DNA from: a virus
Lineage: Duplodnaviria > Caudoviricetes
IMG/VR virus record: IMGVR_UViG_3300037484_000515
Coordinates: 1 to 48,429 of that record
Length of the DNA: 48,429 nt
Reading direction: 5' to 3' (one strand)
Every line of letters starts with the position of its first letter. Position 1 is the stretch's first letter. The notes below the pieces were generated by a model, which worked only from the letters and a program-made list of their open reading frames with translations, was not told the origin of the DNA and did no database searches. Shown here piece after piece: positions 17,547-26,488 of the stretch. The translations under genes were made by a program, and so were the position numbers.

Positions 17547-18463
17547 TGGAAGCCATAATCAAATACGCCCCCACAGCACCGCCCCAGATTCAGGACCTGA
17601 TGCAGGAGTTCTTTGCCAGCAAAAATGGCCGGACGATGGGCGTGTATCAAGAGGGTATTCGCGCCTTCGCTCGCTGGGCAAATGTCGAAGAGCGCGAGGT
17701 GGGAAAGCTGTTGTTGGGGGAAGGACAACAAAAGGCTAACTGGCTGGCATTGCGATTTCGCCAGCACCTTGAGCAGGCCGGATACTCCGCCTCGACGATC
17801 AACGTCCGCCTCTACGCCCTCCGCGCCCTGTCCGAATTTGCGAACGCGGCGGGCTTGGTATCATGGACAATCAAAGTGCGAGGCCTGAAAAAGGAAAGGA
17901 GGCGCAACACGCGGGGCCCGACAGAGGATGAGGTAAAGAGAATTATCGCCCTTGCCTCATCCTCGCCCCCCGAAGAAGATCTTAGTTCCAAGTTGCGCCG
18001 TCTCCGCGACGAGGCGATCATCCGCCTGGCCTTCACGATGGGTTTCCGGCGCAATGAGATCCTCACGCTGCGGGTGGAGGACTTGGACTTGGCGACTCGG
18101 CGGGTATCGGTATTGCAGAAGGGGAAGCACGAACGGGCGGGATTTGAATTGACCGACAAACTGTATGAGCTTTTACGTTCATACCGCCAGGGGCTGAACG
18201 GTCAGGAAATGCTATTTGACTTGAGCGCGAATGGCCTTTGGCGGATCGTCCGGCGGCTGTCCATCCGCGCCATAGGCCGACCGGTTCATCCTCACGCTTT
18301 CCGGCACTCCGCCGGAACCCTCATACTCAACATGACGGGCAACATCTACAACTCCCAAAAGTTGCTCCGCCATGCCAACAGCAGCACCACGGACATCTAC
18401 CTCGACGACCCAGCAAATCTTCATCACAGCCTCGCGCAGCAGTTAGAGGATCGGATCGGGTAA
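17543..18463 (+). CDS. Tyrosine recombinase (Xer-like/integrase)
   Basis: Catalytic R (GFRRNE), K (QKGK), HxxR (HAFRH), H (LRHA), Y (TTDIY); SAM-like N-terminus. Confidence 0.95.
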   Translation: MMEAIIKYAPTAPPQIQDLMQEFFASKNGRTMGVYQEGIRAFARWANVEEREVGKLLLGEGQQKANWLALRFRQHLEQAGYSASTINVRLYALRALSEFANAAGLVSWTIKVRGLKKERRRNTRGPTEDEVKRIIALASSSPPEEDLSSKLRRLRDEAIIRLAFTMGFRRNEILTLRVEDLDLATRRVSVLQKGKHERAGFELTDKLYELLRSYRQGLNGQEMLFDLSANGLWRIVRRLSIRAIGRPVHPHAFRHSAGTLILNMTGNIYNSQKLLRHANSSTTDIYLDDPANLHHSLAQQLEDRIG

Positions 18464-18919
18464 TCACGATCTGTCCTTGATTGCAAATACGAAGCCGATG
18501 ATTTGCTTCCGGCAATGCCAAATAACTCTGATCTTCCAGAATAATTCCCTAATCCGAGCGAAGTATTTACAATCTGGGTTATTCGGTGCTGATTTTATGC
18601 GCTCTGCGAGTTCGTTGGCATCTTGGCAGCAAACCCCAAATGGGCTTTTCAGCATTAGATCAAACTGCTCCCAGTGCTGCAAGGCTTCTTCTCTAATCCG
18701 CTTGGGTAGTATATCTTCCGCGCCTATTGCAATGTCATACATTCTGCTGGTAAGATAGGCTTTCCTAAATTCGTAGCGGTTGAAAATGACCCACCTTGCT
18801 ATGAACCTATTGAATTCTCGGCCAGATCCCACCGTATCTTCAAGTGTTGCGGATACGGGGATGCTATCCGTTGGCATCATGACAGCTATTTCTTGCATCT
18901 CAGATATTTTGGAAAACAT
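18464..18919 (-). CDS. Hypothetical protein, last gene of the leftward middle operon
   Basis: AAGGAG RBS; its stop abuts the recombinase stop. Confidence 0.6.
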   Translation of the reverse strand: MFSKISEMQEIAVMMPTDSIPVSATLEDTVGSGREFNRFIARWVIFNRYEFRKAYLTSRMYDIAIGAEDILPKRIREEALQHWEQFDLMLKSPFGVCCQDANELAERIKSAPNNPDCKYFARIRELFWKIRVIWHCRKQIIGFVFAIKDRS

Positions 18920-19089
18920 GGATACTCCGCACTCCTTTCCCCTATCGCAAATACGAGGCTAATGATGATACTTTGAGATTCCAATTCGGAGCGGCATCTG
19001 TCCAATATTTAGACGGCTCCCCAGAAATATCGCAGCAATATCTTGGGCACAATTTGAGCTTCGGCCTGGCGGTCATGGTTTTCCTTTCG

Positions 19090-19446
19090 TTAAAATGGTG
19101 GTTCACCCAAAAAACCGTGATGCTCACGTCTTTCTTGATCCATGATTTTCAGAAAATCATCAGCGGTCAGAATCACCAACCAGCGTTTGTCGTTGCGCCT
19201 GTGCGCCACGTATGCCATCTTGCATCCCGCATCATCAAGTGCCTGCTTCATTGCATCATAGACGTTGATCTTCTCAGTGCGCTTGACCTCGCAGTGCGTT
19301 CCCTCAATGCCATCTACTACGTCGGGAGAATCTGGCGATCCGCGAAACTGCCGCCCGCGCCGAGCATTTGTAAAACCGTGCTCACGCAGATACTTTGCCC
19401 ATTCGCGCTCCCCGCGCTTGCCCTTTGAACAGCTATTGATCGTCAA
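19090..19446 (-). CDS. PD-(D/E)XK Holliday junction resolvase-like nuclease
   Basis: KGKRGERE...SPDV...HCEVKR...KQA. Confidence 0.85.
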   Translation of the reverse strand: MTINSCSKGKRGEREWAKYLREHGFTNARRGRQFRGSPDSPDVVDGIEGTHCEVKRTEKINVYDAMKQALDDAGCKMAYVAHRRNDKRWLVILTADDFLKIMDQERREHHGFLGEPPF

Positions 19447-19831
19447 TTACGCCTCCTTGATCTTCATGTTGTTCTCTGAACCAAGCAATCCAATCCTTGT
19501 GCCATTCCTCCAGACTATCCAGCCGTCTTTGTGCTAACGTATCCAGGGTGTAGATGTAAGCCACACCGTTTTCCATGACGCTGATGGTTGGCCGCGCCTC
19601 CAGCCTGTCCAGCCGCGCCCAGATTCCGGGATGGACATGGTAGGGCACAAAATTGATTACATACAGGGTAGTGTCTCCTATTTGCTGCGCTCCGCCCCAA
19701 ATATAGGCAGCATGGGTGGCGACCGAATCTTGCAGCGCCTCGATGCGGCGGTCTTGCCGCGCTGAGTCCAAAATATCGGTCAGAACCAATCCAAGCACGA
19801 GAATCCACAGCCAGAAAAGCCACATTTTCAT
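19433..19831 (-). CDS. Membrane-anchored protein
   Basis: N-terminal hydrophobic helix and short coiled-coil segments; DSA, DSV, DTT, DTL, DSL motifs. Confidence 0.6.
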   Translation of the reverse strand: MKMWLFWLWILVLGLVLTDILDSARQDRRIEALQDSVATHAAYIWGGAQQIGDTTLYVINFVPYHVHPGIWARLDRLEARPTISVMENGVAYIYTLDTLAQRRLDSLEEWHKDWIAWFREQHEDQGGVIDDQ

Positions 19832-20127
19832 CTTTCACCTTCTTTCTTTTCTTCAGGGAAGAGCGCTTTGAGTAATTCATCGAAGCTGAATACGGCCTCG
19901 CACTTCGGATGCGCCACGTAAAACTGATAGGCGGCGGCCAGGGCATTCCAGCCGTGTCCCGTCCATTGACCACGGCAGAATATGTCCACCTTGCAGTTGT
20001 TGCACTCAAGGAGCGGCTTGAGATCCGCCAGAATCTTGGGGGATTTCGGGTCTACGTTGCAATAGCCGCATTTCTGCTCTTCGATCTTGTGCGCCTTGAG
20101 TTCCGCTTTGATTTCGTCAATTAACAT
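19828..20127 (-). CDS. Hypothetical Zn-finger-like protein
   Basis: CGYC and CNNC pairs. Confidence 0.55.
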   Translation of the reverse strand: MLIDEIKAELKAHKIEEQKCGYCNVDPKSPKILADLKPLLECNNCKVDIFCRGQWTGHGWNALAAAYQFYVAHPKCEAVFSFDELLKALFPEEKKEGER

Positions 20128-20187
20128 TTCGTTGACTCCGACGACTTGATCCCCGCCGCCTATCCTCGCCGAAGGGGGATCAAATGT

Positions 20188-20406
20188 TTAACCGGAACCG
20201 GAACCGGAACCGGAACCGGAACCGTAACCGTCACCGTAACCGTCACCGTAACCGAAACCGGAACCGTCACCGTAACCGTCACCGTAACCGAAACCGGAAC
20301 CGGAACCGGAACCGTCACCGTAACCGTCACCGGAACCGTCACCGGAACCGTCATCGAAACCGGAACCGGAACCGGAACCGGAGCCGTTATTTATCATACT
20401 TCCCAT
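20188..20406 (-). CDS. Gly-rich GDGYG/GSGSG repeat peptide
   Basis: Tandem 6-nt units; such peptides commonly follow the upstream gene family in phages. Confidence 0.6.
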   Translation of the reverse strand: MGSMINNGSGSGSGSGFDDGSGDGSGDGYGDGSGSGSGFGYGDGYGDGSGFGYGDGYGDGYGSGSGSGSGSG

Positions 20407-20759
20407 TTAGGAACTCCAGCAATGCTTAATCGGGCTTTCTCCGTGCAGGGGATTATTTCAATGACTTGCAACAGAAGTTGTGATTCTGTTTCACATGGAA
20501 ATTTGCAGTCCTTTGGTCTCTTCACCCCATCAACGGAAAGCTGCGAAAGCGAGGCTGCTCCAGACCAATACCATAGCCTTCGCGCTCTTACTAAATCTAC
20601 TTCTTGACCGTTTCGTGATCGCAAATATCCGGCAAATACACCAGCCGAATATGTTCTACAAATTACATAGGGCATACCCGATAACGACTCAGCTATCCCT
20701 ACCTGATCCGTTGCGGGCACATATTCTTGCCCGCCTACCGTAATTTTTACCGATTCCAT
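20394..20759 (-). CDS. Conserved phage protein (DUF6948-like)
   Basis: YVICRTYSAGVFAG...ARRLWYWSGAASLSQL...IEIIPCTEKA. Confidence 0.75.
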   Translation of the reverse strand: MESVKITVGGQEYVPATDQVGIAESLSGMPYVICRTYSAGVFAGYLRSRNGQEVDLVRARRLWYWSGAASLSQLSVDGVKRPKDCKFPCETESQLLLQVIEIIPCTEKARLSIAGVPKWEV

Positions 20760-20901
20760 TTTCTGCCTTTCTTATTTGATTGACTTTAGTTCGTTGACTC
20801 CGCCGATATGATCCCCGCCGCCTATTCCGCTGGAACCGGCGACTGTCGTCCTCCCTATCGCGCGGCTTAGGATTCAGGACAGTAGCGGCAGGCGGCGGGG
20901 G

Positions 20902-22225
20902 TTAGATTGCCATGCCTTGCGTGGTGGACGTGCGCTTGTGCGCCATCTTGACGTATTCGGGTTTGAGTTCGATCCCGACCCACTCTCGGCCTAACTCTTC
21001 CGCGACTTGGCCGACCGTGCCGCTTCCCAGAAACGGATCAAGCACGAGGCATTTGCCAACGCCGGTTTGCTGGCACTTGCACGAGGGGCGGAAGCCGAGA
21101 GTATTGTTTTCATTATGACCTATCTTCCCGCCACAACCGAGGGTCATTGCTTTCGATTCTGTATCCTTCCCCTTATCCCTGCCACGATTGCGCTCGCTTT
21201 TTTCTTGAATGAAATGCTTTTCCACCACCCTCATCCACGCCGCGCCGCAGATTTCACACGCCTTGTGGCTGGTTCCGGCGAGGATGCAGCGTTTGACCAG
21301 CTCTTCGGGGAAGGTGGCGAAATGGGCTTCACGGAAATTTTGCGTGGCGAAGCTCCAAACTGAACGAAGATTGCGGCCAGAGGGGGCATAAGCCTCTGTT
21401 GTTGCTGCGAATCTATCAATCTTTGCAACATCATTAGGACAAATTTTATCAATCCTTGCTTTTTTGGCAGCATTAACGCGAGCAATAATTGCTTCCGGTG
21501 GAGTTGACATCGGCTCCCGCACTGCCTCGGCATCGCCGAAATACTCCTCGCTCTTGGTGAGCAGGAAAATATACTCATGGGAACGGGTCGGTCGCCAAGC
21601 GCCTTTGAGCAGCACCAAGCCGTCATTGGGAAGGCAGACATCGCAGCCGGGGCAATCCCGCCATTCGACCTCTTTAGGCCGCTCTTGCCCCTTGACTTTT
21701 TTATACCGCGATCCGTCCGGCCATTGCAAGGTGCGGTGCTGTTCCCATCTCCAGCCATTGACTGATTCTGGCATGGGATTGGGCTTCGACCAAATTATGT
21801 CGGATCGCAGCCACCAGCCGTCGGCCTGAAGCGCCAGAGCGACGCGGGCGGGGATCATGCAGAGGTCTTTGGGCTTAAGTGCCAGACATTCTCTCGATGC
21901 ACCTTGTTTGATTTTTTGCCCATGTTCATTTCCCTTCCCATCGCCCCTTCCTTGTGGCCCCCAAAAGCTATCCCCCAAATTCAAGAACAGCGTCCCATCG
22001 GGTCTAAGCACGCGCCGCACCTCGCGGAACACCTCGACGATATGAGCTACGTAAAGCTCCGGCGTGGGTTCGAGGCCGAGTTCCCCGCGCCAAGTGTCCG
22101 GCCAGATCTGCGGCTGGGTGCCATAGGATCTAAAGACCCCAGTAGGGAGGCGATGTGATGCAACAATGCACCGTCCCATCTGGTATCTCCTTGAGTTTAT
22201 CCACGACGTGCCCTTGCAGGATCAT
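20902..22225 (-). CDS. N4-cytosine/N6-adenine DNA methyltransferase (beta class), split by a +1 frameshift at 22135-22130
   Basis: Frame 1 (ATG 22225) gives MILQGH...CITSPPYWGL then TAG. The +1 frame continues RSYG...LDPFLGSGT...GIEL. Confidence 0.88.
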
Positions 22226-22443
22226 TTCTGCGTCTCATACTGCCGCTGCCGTTCCCGCCAAAATGCCGCTGTCCCGCAGCCCTGCCGTTCCAGAAAATGA
22301 GCCAGGGCAGGTGTAATCCGATCTCTGCCAGCGAGAAAACCCCGCAGATGGTTTCGGATTGATTCCCTGTCCGCTAAAGACTCCACGGTCAGCCCGCGCT
22401 CGTCCAGCCAGTCTTGCAGGCTAAGGCCAGGGTGTGAGGTCAT
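22222..22443 (-). CDS. HigA-like XRE/HTH protein (orphan antitoxin-like)
   Basis: HPGLSLQDWLDERGLT...GRDRITPALA...FWRERQRQYE; no HigB neighbour. Confidence 0.75.
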   Translation of the reverse strand: MTSHPGLSLQDWLDERGLTVESLADRESIRNHLRGFLAGRDRITPALAHFLERQGCGTAAFWRERQRQYETQK

Positions 22444-22715
22444 TTCTGCGCCAGATAGCGATCAATGTCGGCGGGGATAACATTCTTCAGTCGTTCAAGT
22501 CCCAGAGAGCTGATGTAGGGCACGGCTAAGTAAGCGGTGCGCTCGTCTGTGATGACGCCATCGGGGAGTTGCGCCGCGCCGCGCACGATGTCGAGGAGGA
22601 TGTCCGCGCCGGTGAGGACTTCGGCTTCAACGTCATCAGACTCAAAGACTGAATCACGCATCTCTCGCATGATTTTCTTGGTCGGGGCTTTCACTCTCCA
22701 GATTTCTGTCGGCAT
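22440..22715 (-). CDS. Hypothetical protein (EVLTGADIL paralog 1)
   Basis: AAGGAG RBS; shares a 27-nt block with the next gene. Confidence 0.65.
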   Translation of the reverse strand: MPTEIWRVKAPTKKIMREMRDSVFESDDVEAEVLTGADILLDIVRGAAQLPDGVITDERTAYLAVPYISSLGLERLKNVIPADIDRYLAQK

Positions 22716-22955
22716 TTAGGTCTCCTTTCCCAGATAGGCGTCAATCATCCCTGGCGTGATTTCTTCCAGCGGCGCGTAGTAATTCGTGCCCTCGCCGGTA
22801 GAGCGCAGCGCGACCCATTGCCAAAGTTTGAGGATGTCCGCGCCGGTGAGGACTTCAACGTGACCAGACACGGCGAGGTATGGGAATGACCAAATATCGC
22901 AGTTGTCCAGATACTCCTGCGTGGTAGCAGTGATTTTGATGATTTTACTTGGCAT
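22716..22955 (-). CDS. Hypothetical protein (EVLTGADIL paralog 2)
   Basis: Shared 27-nt block and IDxYL tail. Confidence 0.6.
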   Translation of the reverse strand: MPSKIIKITATTQEYLDNCDIWSFPYLAVSGHVEVLTGADILKLWQWVALRSTGEGTNYYAPLEEITPGMIDAYLGKET

Positions 22956-22963
22956 TGGGTTTT

Positions 22964-23146
22964 CTACCAAATGACTGTCGGTAATGGGATAGGCTTTTGC
23001 AAGTCCAGTTGTTGACGATCATAGAGCTTTGTCGTCTCGGAATTATGATTGTAACCACAGACGATTTCATGTCGCTGGCAAGCTTCCTCATCAATAAACC
23101 GATCCCCACAGTAGTCACATTTCCAAATCTTTACTTCTGTCGGCAT
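22964..23146 (-). CDS. Small C2H-type zinc-finger protein
   Basis: WKCDYCG...CQRHEIVC. Confidence 0.6.
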   Translation of the reverse strand: MPTEVKIWKCDYCGDRFIDEEACQRHEIVCGYNHNSETTKLYDRQQLDLQKPIPLPTVIW

Positions 23147-23300
23147 TAGGTCTCCTTTCTCTTTCTCAATGAGTGTATAGTGCTGACAACCCTAAATCCA
23201 TCTGTAAATTGCAGGAGAACTTTGCCCTTTTTACAGACGAGAATCCGACATAATTGACCAAAGCGTTCCGGCAACCAGCGGTGAATTCGCCAATAATGGG

Positions 23301-24179
23301 TCATTTCGGCCACTCCTGCACGGGGACGATTCCCATTTGCGCCCAGCGGGAATCCTTGACGTTCTTTGTAAATATCGGGATACCGAGAGCGCGGGCGTCT
23401 CGCATTAAGTCTTTGATCCAGACGGCCAGCATCTCCAGCGTGATCCCGAATTTGGCGTAGTCATGGTGATTCAGCAGGCCGATGACCAGCCATTGGGGAG
23501 GGGCAAGTCTTAAAAATTCCCCTGGTTTAATGCCGAGCAATTCGCCATTTTCAGCGATGACGCTAATTGCCCCATGCTGATTCGATAAGGCGTGATGTAT
23601 GCCAGCGCGGGCGATTACTCGTGGGCCAAAAGGCATCTCCCCACAAACATCTGTTGGCAGTAGAATATCGGAATCCTCCCGAATGGCTAATTCCCCCATC
23701 ACCGGCTCGCAATACGCCACGCGGACTCCGCATTCAAGCTCGGCGGGGAAGCCGATCTCGCCGGACGTGAATGTTTGGCAGCACCAGACGTTCTTCGACC
23801 ACTTGGGATAGTAGTCGAAGAAATCCTTTTGGTGGCTGAAAACTTGGAACAGGTGGCTCGGGTGGCGCTCCATGATGGATTGCAGCTGCTCAATGTCCTC
23901 GCCGGATAGGTCGGAAGTTTCGCAGAAATGACCTGAGAACACTCGCGGCTTGCGCATCCGCTCGATCTTGTTCATCCGATTCCAGTGGACGTGGGGTTTC
24001 ATGACGAGACAGTCGGGGCAATGTGTGCCCAACATCTGCCGCATATATTCTCCCTGCCCTGTCATCAGCCAGCAAATGCGCGGGAATAGTTCGCAACGCG
24101 AAGAGCAGCCAGAGATCGGCAGAACTCCAGGCGGCTTTTTATATTTCGGAACGAGAGCTGTCTCAACGGCGGTGCTCAT
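23301..24179 (-). CDS. Phage Gp37/Gp68 (DUF5131)-like protein, divergent
   Basis: PISGCSSRC...CW, PRVF, HLFQVFS, CEPVMG, WLVIG, GIPIFTK, QEWP. Confidence 0.7.
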   Translation of the reverse strand: MSTAVETALVPKYKKPPGVLPISGCSSRCELFPRICWLMTGQGEYMRQMLGTHCPDCLVMKPHVHWNRMNKIERMRKPRVFSGHFCETSDLSGEDIEQLQSIMERHPSHLFQVFSHQKDFFDYYPKWSKNVWCCQTFTSGEIGFPAELECGVRVAYCEPVMGELAIREDSDILLPTDVCGEMPFGPRVIARAGIHHALSNQHGAISVIAENGELLGIKPGEFLRLAPPQWLVIGLLNHHDYAKFGITLEMLAVWIKDLMRDARALGIPIFTKNVKDSRWAQMGIVPVQEWPK

Positions 24180-24367
24180 GGCGTAGCCTCCTCGTCTTGC
24201 TTTTGTAATCGTTCTCTGCAAAGACGCAACGTTGCTCCATGTTCAAATTCAACGCTAACCTCACCATCTCCCAATTCCTTAATTATCCGACATTTTTTAT
24301 TGTAAAATGTAGGGATACCCGTCCATGTATTGATGAAAGGGAATTTTGCGGTTTCGACGGTGGTCAT
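24176..24367 (-). CDS. Hypothetical SH3-like protein
   Basis: Coupled gene; VEFEHG. Confidence 0.5.
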   Translation of the reverse strand: MTTVETAKFPFINTWTGIPTFYNKKCRIIKELGDGEVSVEFEHGATLRLCRERLQKQDEEATP

Positions 24368-24555
24368 GGCGTGGCCTCCATTTCGGCCTTGAGGTCGGAT
24401 AGGGCAGGCGTTATCATTATTAATTTCTCAGCAAAGGGGAGCCACGCATCATCATCCCTGAATTGGACATTGATCGCGGCGATTTGATTCACATTGAGAT
24501 AATTAGCATATCCAGGCCAATTCACCTCCAACCACTTCTTGCGTTCGGTGCTCAT
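24364..24555 (-). CDS. Hypothetical protein
   Basis: ATGA coupling on both sides. Confidence 0.5.
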   Translation of the reverse strand: MSTERKKWLEVNWPGYANYLNVNQIAAINVQFRDDDAWLPFAEKLIMITPALSDLKAEMEATP

Positions 24556-24728
24556 GGCGTCCTCCGGTTCCAGAGTCTTGTCGCAGCAGCCCTTGATCCA
24601 GCCCACCCCGATTTTGCACCGCACCATTTACATGATCTACGCCAATCTAAACCGCCCCTGTCTTCTTGATATTCAATCTCTTTTCCCCCACAGAATGGGC
24701 AGCGCTTGGTTTTTGGGTTGGCACTCAT
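24552..24728 (-). CDS. Lar-family (restriction alleviation) zinc ribbon protein
   Basis: RCPFCG...CKWCGA...WNRR. Confidence 0.8.
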   Translation of the reverse strand: MSANPKTKRCPFCGGKEIEYQEDRGGLDWRRSCKWCGAKSGWAGSRAAATRLWNRRTP

Positions 24729-24967
24729 GGCTTGATCTCCTCCAGCGCTGCCATAATGTCGTGGCCAGTTAAGCTGAGAAACCAATTGACGGAAAATTTG
24801 CCCATGTCTGCGGCTTTGCTGCGTTCGGCGCGAAGGAGAGCTTCCAGCAGCATCTTCGGCGTGATCTCGGTGCAATTGGCTACTTGCGAAGATGATGCTA
24901 CTAACCGAAGGACATGACCGGGCTCGTATCCTGGAGCTATTTGAATTTTCAATATGATTTGCTTCAT
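24725..24967 (-). CDS. Hypothetical protein
   Basis: GAGGT RBS; coupled. Confidence 0.55.
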   Translation of the reverse strand: MKQIILKIQIAPGYEPGHVLRLVASSSQVANCTEITPKMLLEALLRAERSKAADMGKFSVNWFLSLTGHDIMAALEEIKP

Positions 24968-25039
24968 GGCTTGACCTCAATTTTAGGCGGCGGTAGCAAC
25001 TGTCCCTAATCCGGCGTCCGCACACCGCCGCCCTGGGGG

Positions 25040-25852
25040 TTATTGATTGTCTGCAATGAGTTTCTGAACGGCAGAGAACGATGCCCGTTTGGGACTGCCG
25101 TCTTGATTGAGAATCCCGAAATCCAGAAATCCAGGGAGAATCCCGTCCCGCATCCAAGGCGAGAATATGATGGTCTCAACGCCACGCAACATGGCTGCTT
25201 GGCTGGCGATGACCAAACAGGCCGCCTGCTCAGACCCGCCGTAGCCGAGCTCGGTCATGATAATCGGCTTGGCCGTTAGTTTTCTCAGGCGTTTAAGGGC
25301 GGGGGCGAGACTCTGCGCGTGGACTATGTTTGTTCCCAACCAATTCAGGGACGCATAGTCAAACCCTTGGGGTTTTGCCATTATCAGCTCCGTCCATCTC
25401 CAAGATTCCTCGGTGTGCATGGCTCCGGCAGGGGCTGCAACGATTTCAATGGCCGCTTGGCCCAAAAATGTCTGAAACGCACAGTAAGTTTGGGCGTTAA
25501 TTCCCCTGAGATTGAGTTCACGCCCCGCCATAATTAGAGGCTCATATTTCCCTACTTTTTTGATCAGGCCGTTCAGGTTTTGCAAGAATTTGCCCGAATC
25601 CGAGCGCCAATCGAAAATGCTGTGCTCGTCGAGGCAGAGAAGAAACTTCTTGATCCCGACCATCGTAGCAGCGTTGATCTGCGCCTCGAAATCTCTCCAG
25701 GTGATGTCGGTCGCGGTGCTGAGGCGCGGGATGTCCAGCGAGGCCATAGTCAGACCGAGTTCTTTGGCTCGGTCGCAGTTGTAAACAGCCGTGCCATCTT
25801 TGGCGTGGCCGTCGGTGAGTTCGTGCGCGTTGTGCGCTCCAAAGGTGGTCAT
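25040..25852 (-). CDS. Clan GH-A-like glycoside hydrolase (TIM barrel), no signal peptide
   Basis: Acid/base-like GRELN, nucleophile-like KPIIMTELGY, C-terminal FGILNQDGSPK. Confidence 0.7.
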   Translation of the reverse strand: MTTFGAHNAHELTDGHAKDGTAVYNCDRAKELGLTMASLDIPRLSTATDITWRDFEAQINAATMVGIKKFLLCLDEHSIFDWRSDSGKFLQNLNGLIKKVGKYEPLIMAGRELNLRGINAQTYCAFQTFLGQAAIEIVAAPAGAMHTEESWRWTELIMAKPQGFDYASLNWLGTNIVHAQSLAPALKRLRKLTAKPIIMTELGYGGSEQAACLVIASQAAMLRGVETIIFSPWMRDGILPGFLDFGILNQDGSPKRASFSAVQKLIADNQ

Positions 25853-25886
25853 TTCGGCTCCTTTACGGATTCGGCGGGGTCGCCGG

Positions 25887-26201
25887 TTATTTCACTCTTT
25901 CCCATTCGGTTGCGGCGAATGCGAACTTGAGACCATCCTTAAAGAAGATTTGATCTGAATAGATTGTGGCATCTTCATCGGCACAGGGTTCAATTCTGTC
26001 AAATAGCGATCCCTGTTGTAGTAACTGAATCCCCCAAATCCCAGCATCGCCCTTGCCGTATTTGGCCTCAAACAATGTCCCGTCACTGCAAATTGCTAAG
26101 ACCCCATGTTCGCGGTCATCCGTTCCAAAACACCCAACTTCACCTTGAACATCTCCTTCAAATTCAAGCAAGTCGTCGCTTGCTCCGTATGCTCTCGTCA
26201 T
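25887..26201 (-). CDS. Conserved phage protein (YGASDDL type)
   Basis: MTRAYGASDDLLEFEG; AAGGAG RBS. Confidence 0.7.
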   Translation of the reverse strand: MTRAYGASDDLLEFEGDVQGEVGCFGTDDREHGVLAICSDGTLFEAKYGKGDAGIWGIQLLQQGSLFDRIEPCADEDATIYSDQIFFKDGLKFAFAATEWERVK

Positions 26202-26202
26202 G

Positions 26203-26487
26203 TCATTCTCCTTTGGCGTCGTCGCCGAGTAGTATTTCAAGTTCTCGCTTAAATTCCTTCTTGTCAAAGTGTTGGTGAATCCCCTCTGCCTGCTGCTCAT
26301 CAAAGCCCCAAGTCCAATGTATATTTGTAGCCGATGCTAAGAATGCGCGGACATGAGGAAAGCGTCCACTTACTTTTTCCCGCAGGCCACCAGAGATTAG
26401 TTTAATTTCCATATTGATTTCACGATCACAGGCGGGGCAGTTAACAATCAATTTAAAGGCATATTCGGCATTGAATTTCTGCTTCAC
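26203..26487 (-). CDS. Hypothetical protein flanked by 27-bp direct repeats
   Basis: CPAC motif; repeats at 26202-26228 and 26488-26514. Confidence 0.6.
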   Translation of the reverse strand: MKQKFNAEYAFKLIVNCPACDREINMEIKLISGGLREKVSGRFPHVRAFLASATNIHWTWGFDEQQAEGIHQHFDKKEFKRELEILLGDDAKGE

Positions 26488-26488
26488 G

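Larger units (their letters stand above)
20128..20825. repeat. 36-bp direct repeats (20128-20163, 20790-20825) flanking a two-gene cassette
   Basis: ttcgttgactccgNcgaNNtgatccccgccgcctat; 33/36 identical. Confidence 0.88.

Noticed and set aside
20146-20607. Plus-strand poly-TG/TV and poly-RN ORFs
   Set aside because: Shadow frames of the hexamer repeat, antisense to the operon.
22222-22443. Complete HigBA toxin-antitoxin module
   Set aside because: No adjacent RelE/HigB-like toxin gene is recognisable.
24729-25157. 201-aa ORF 24552-25157
   Set aside because: Only the last 58 codons (Lar-like) look real; the rest overlaps two other genes.
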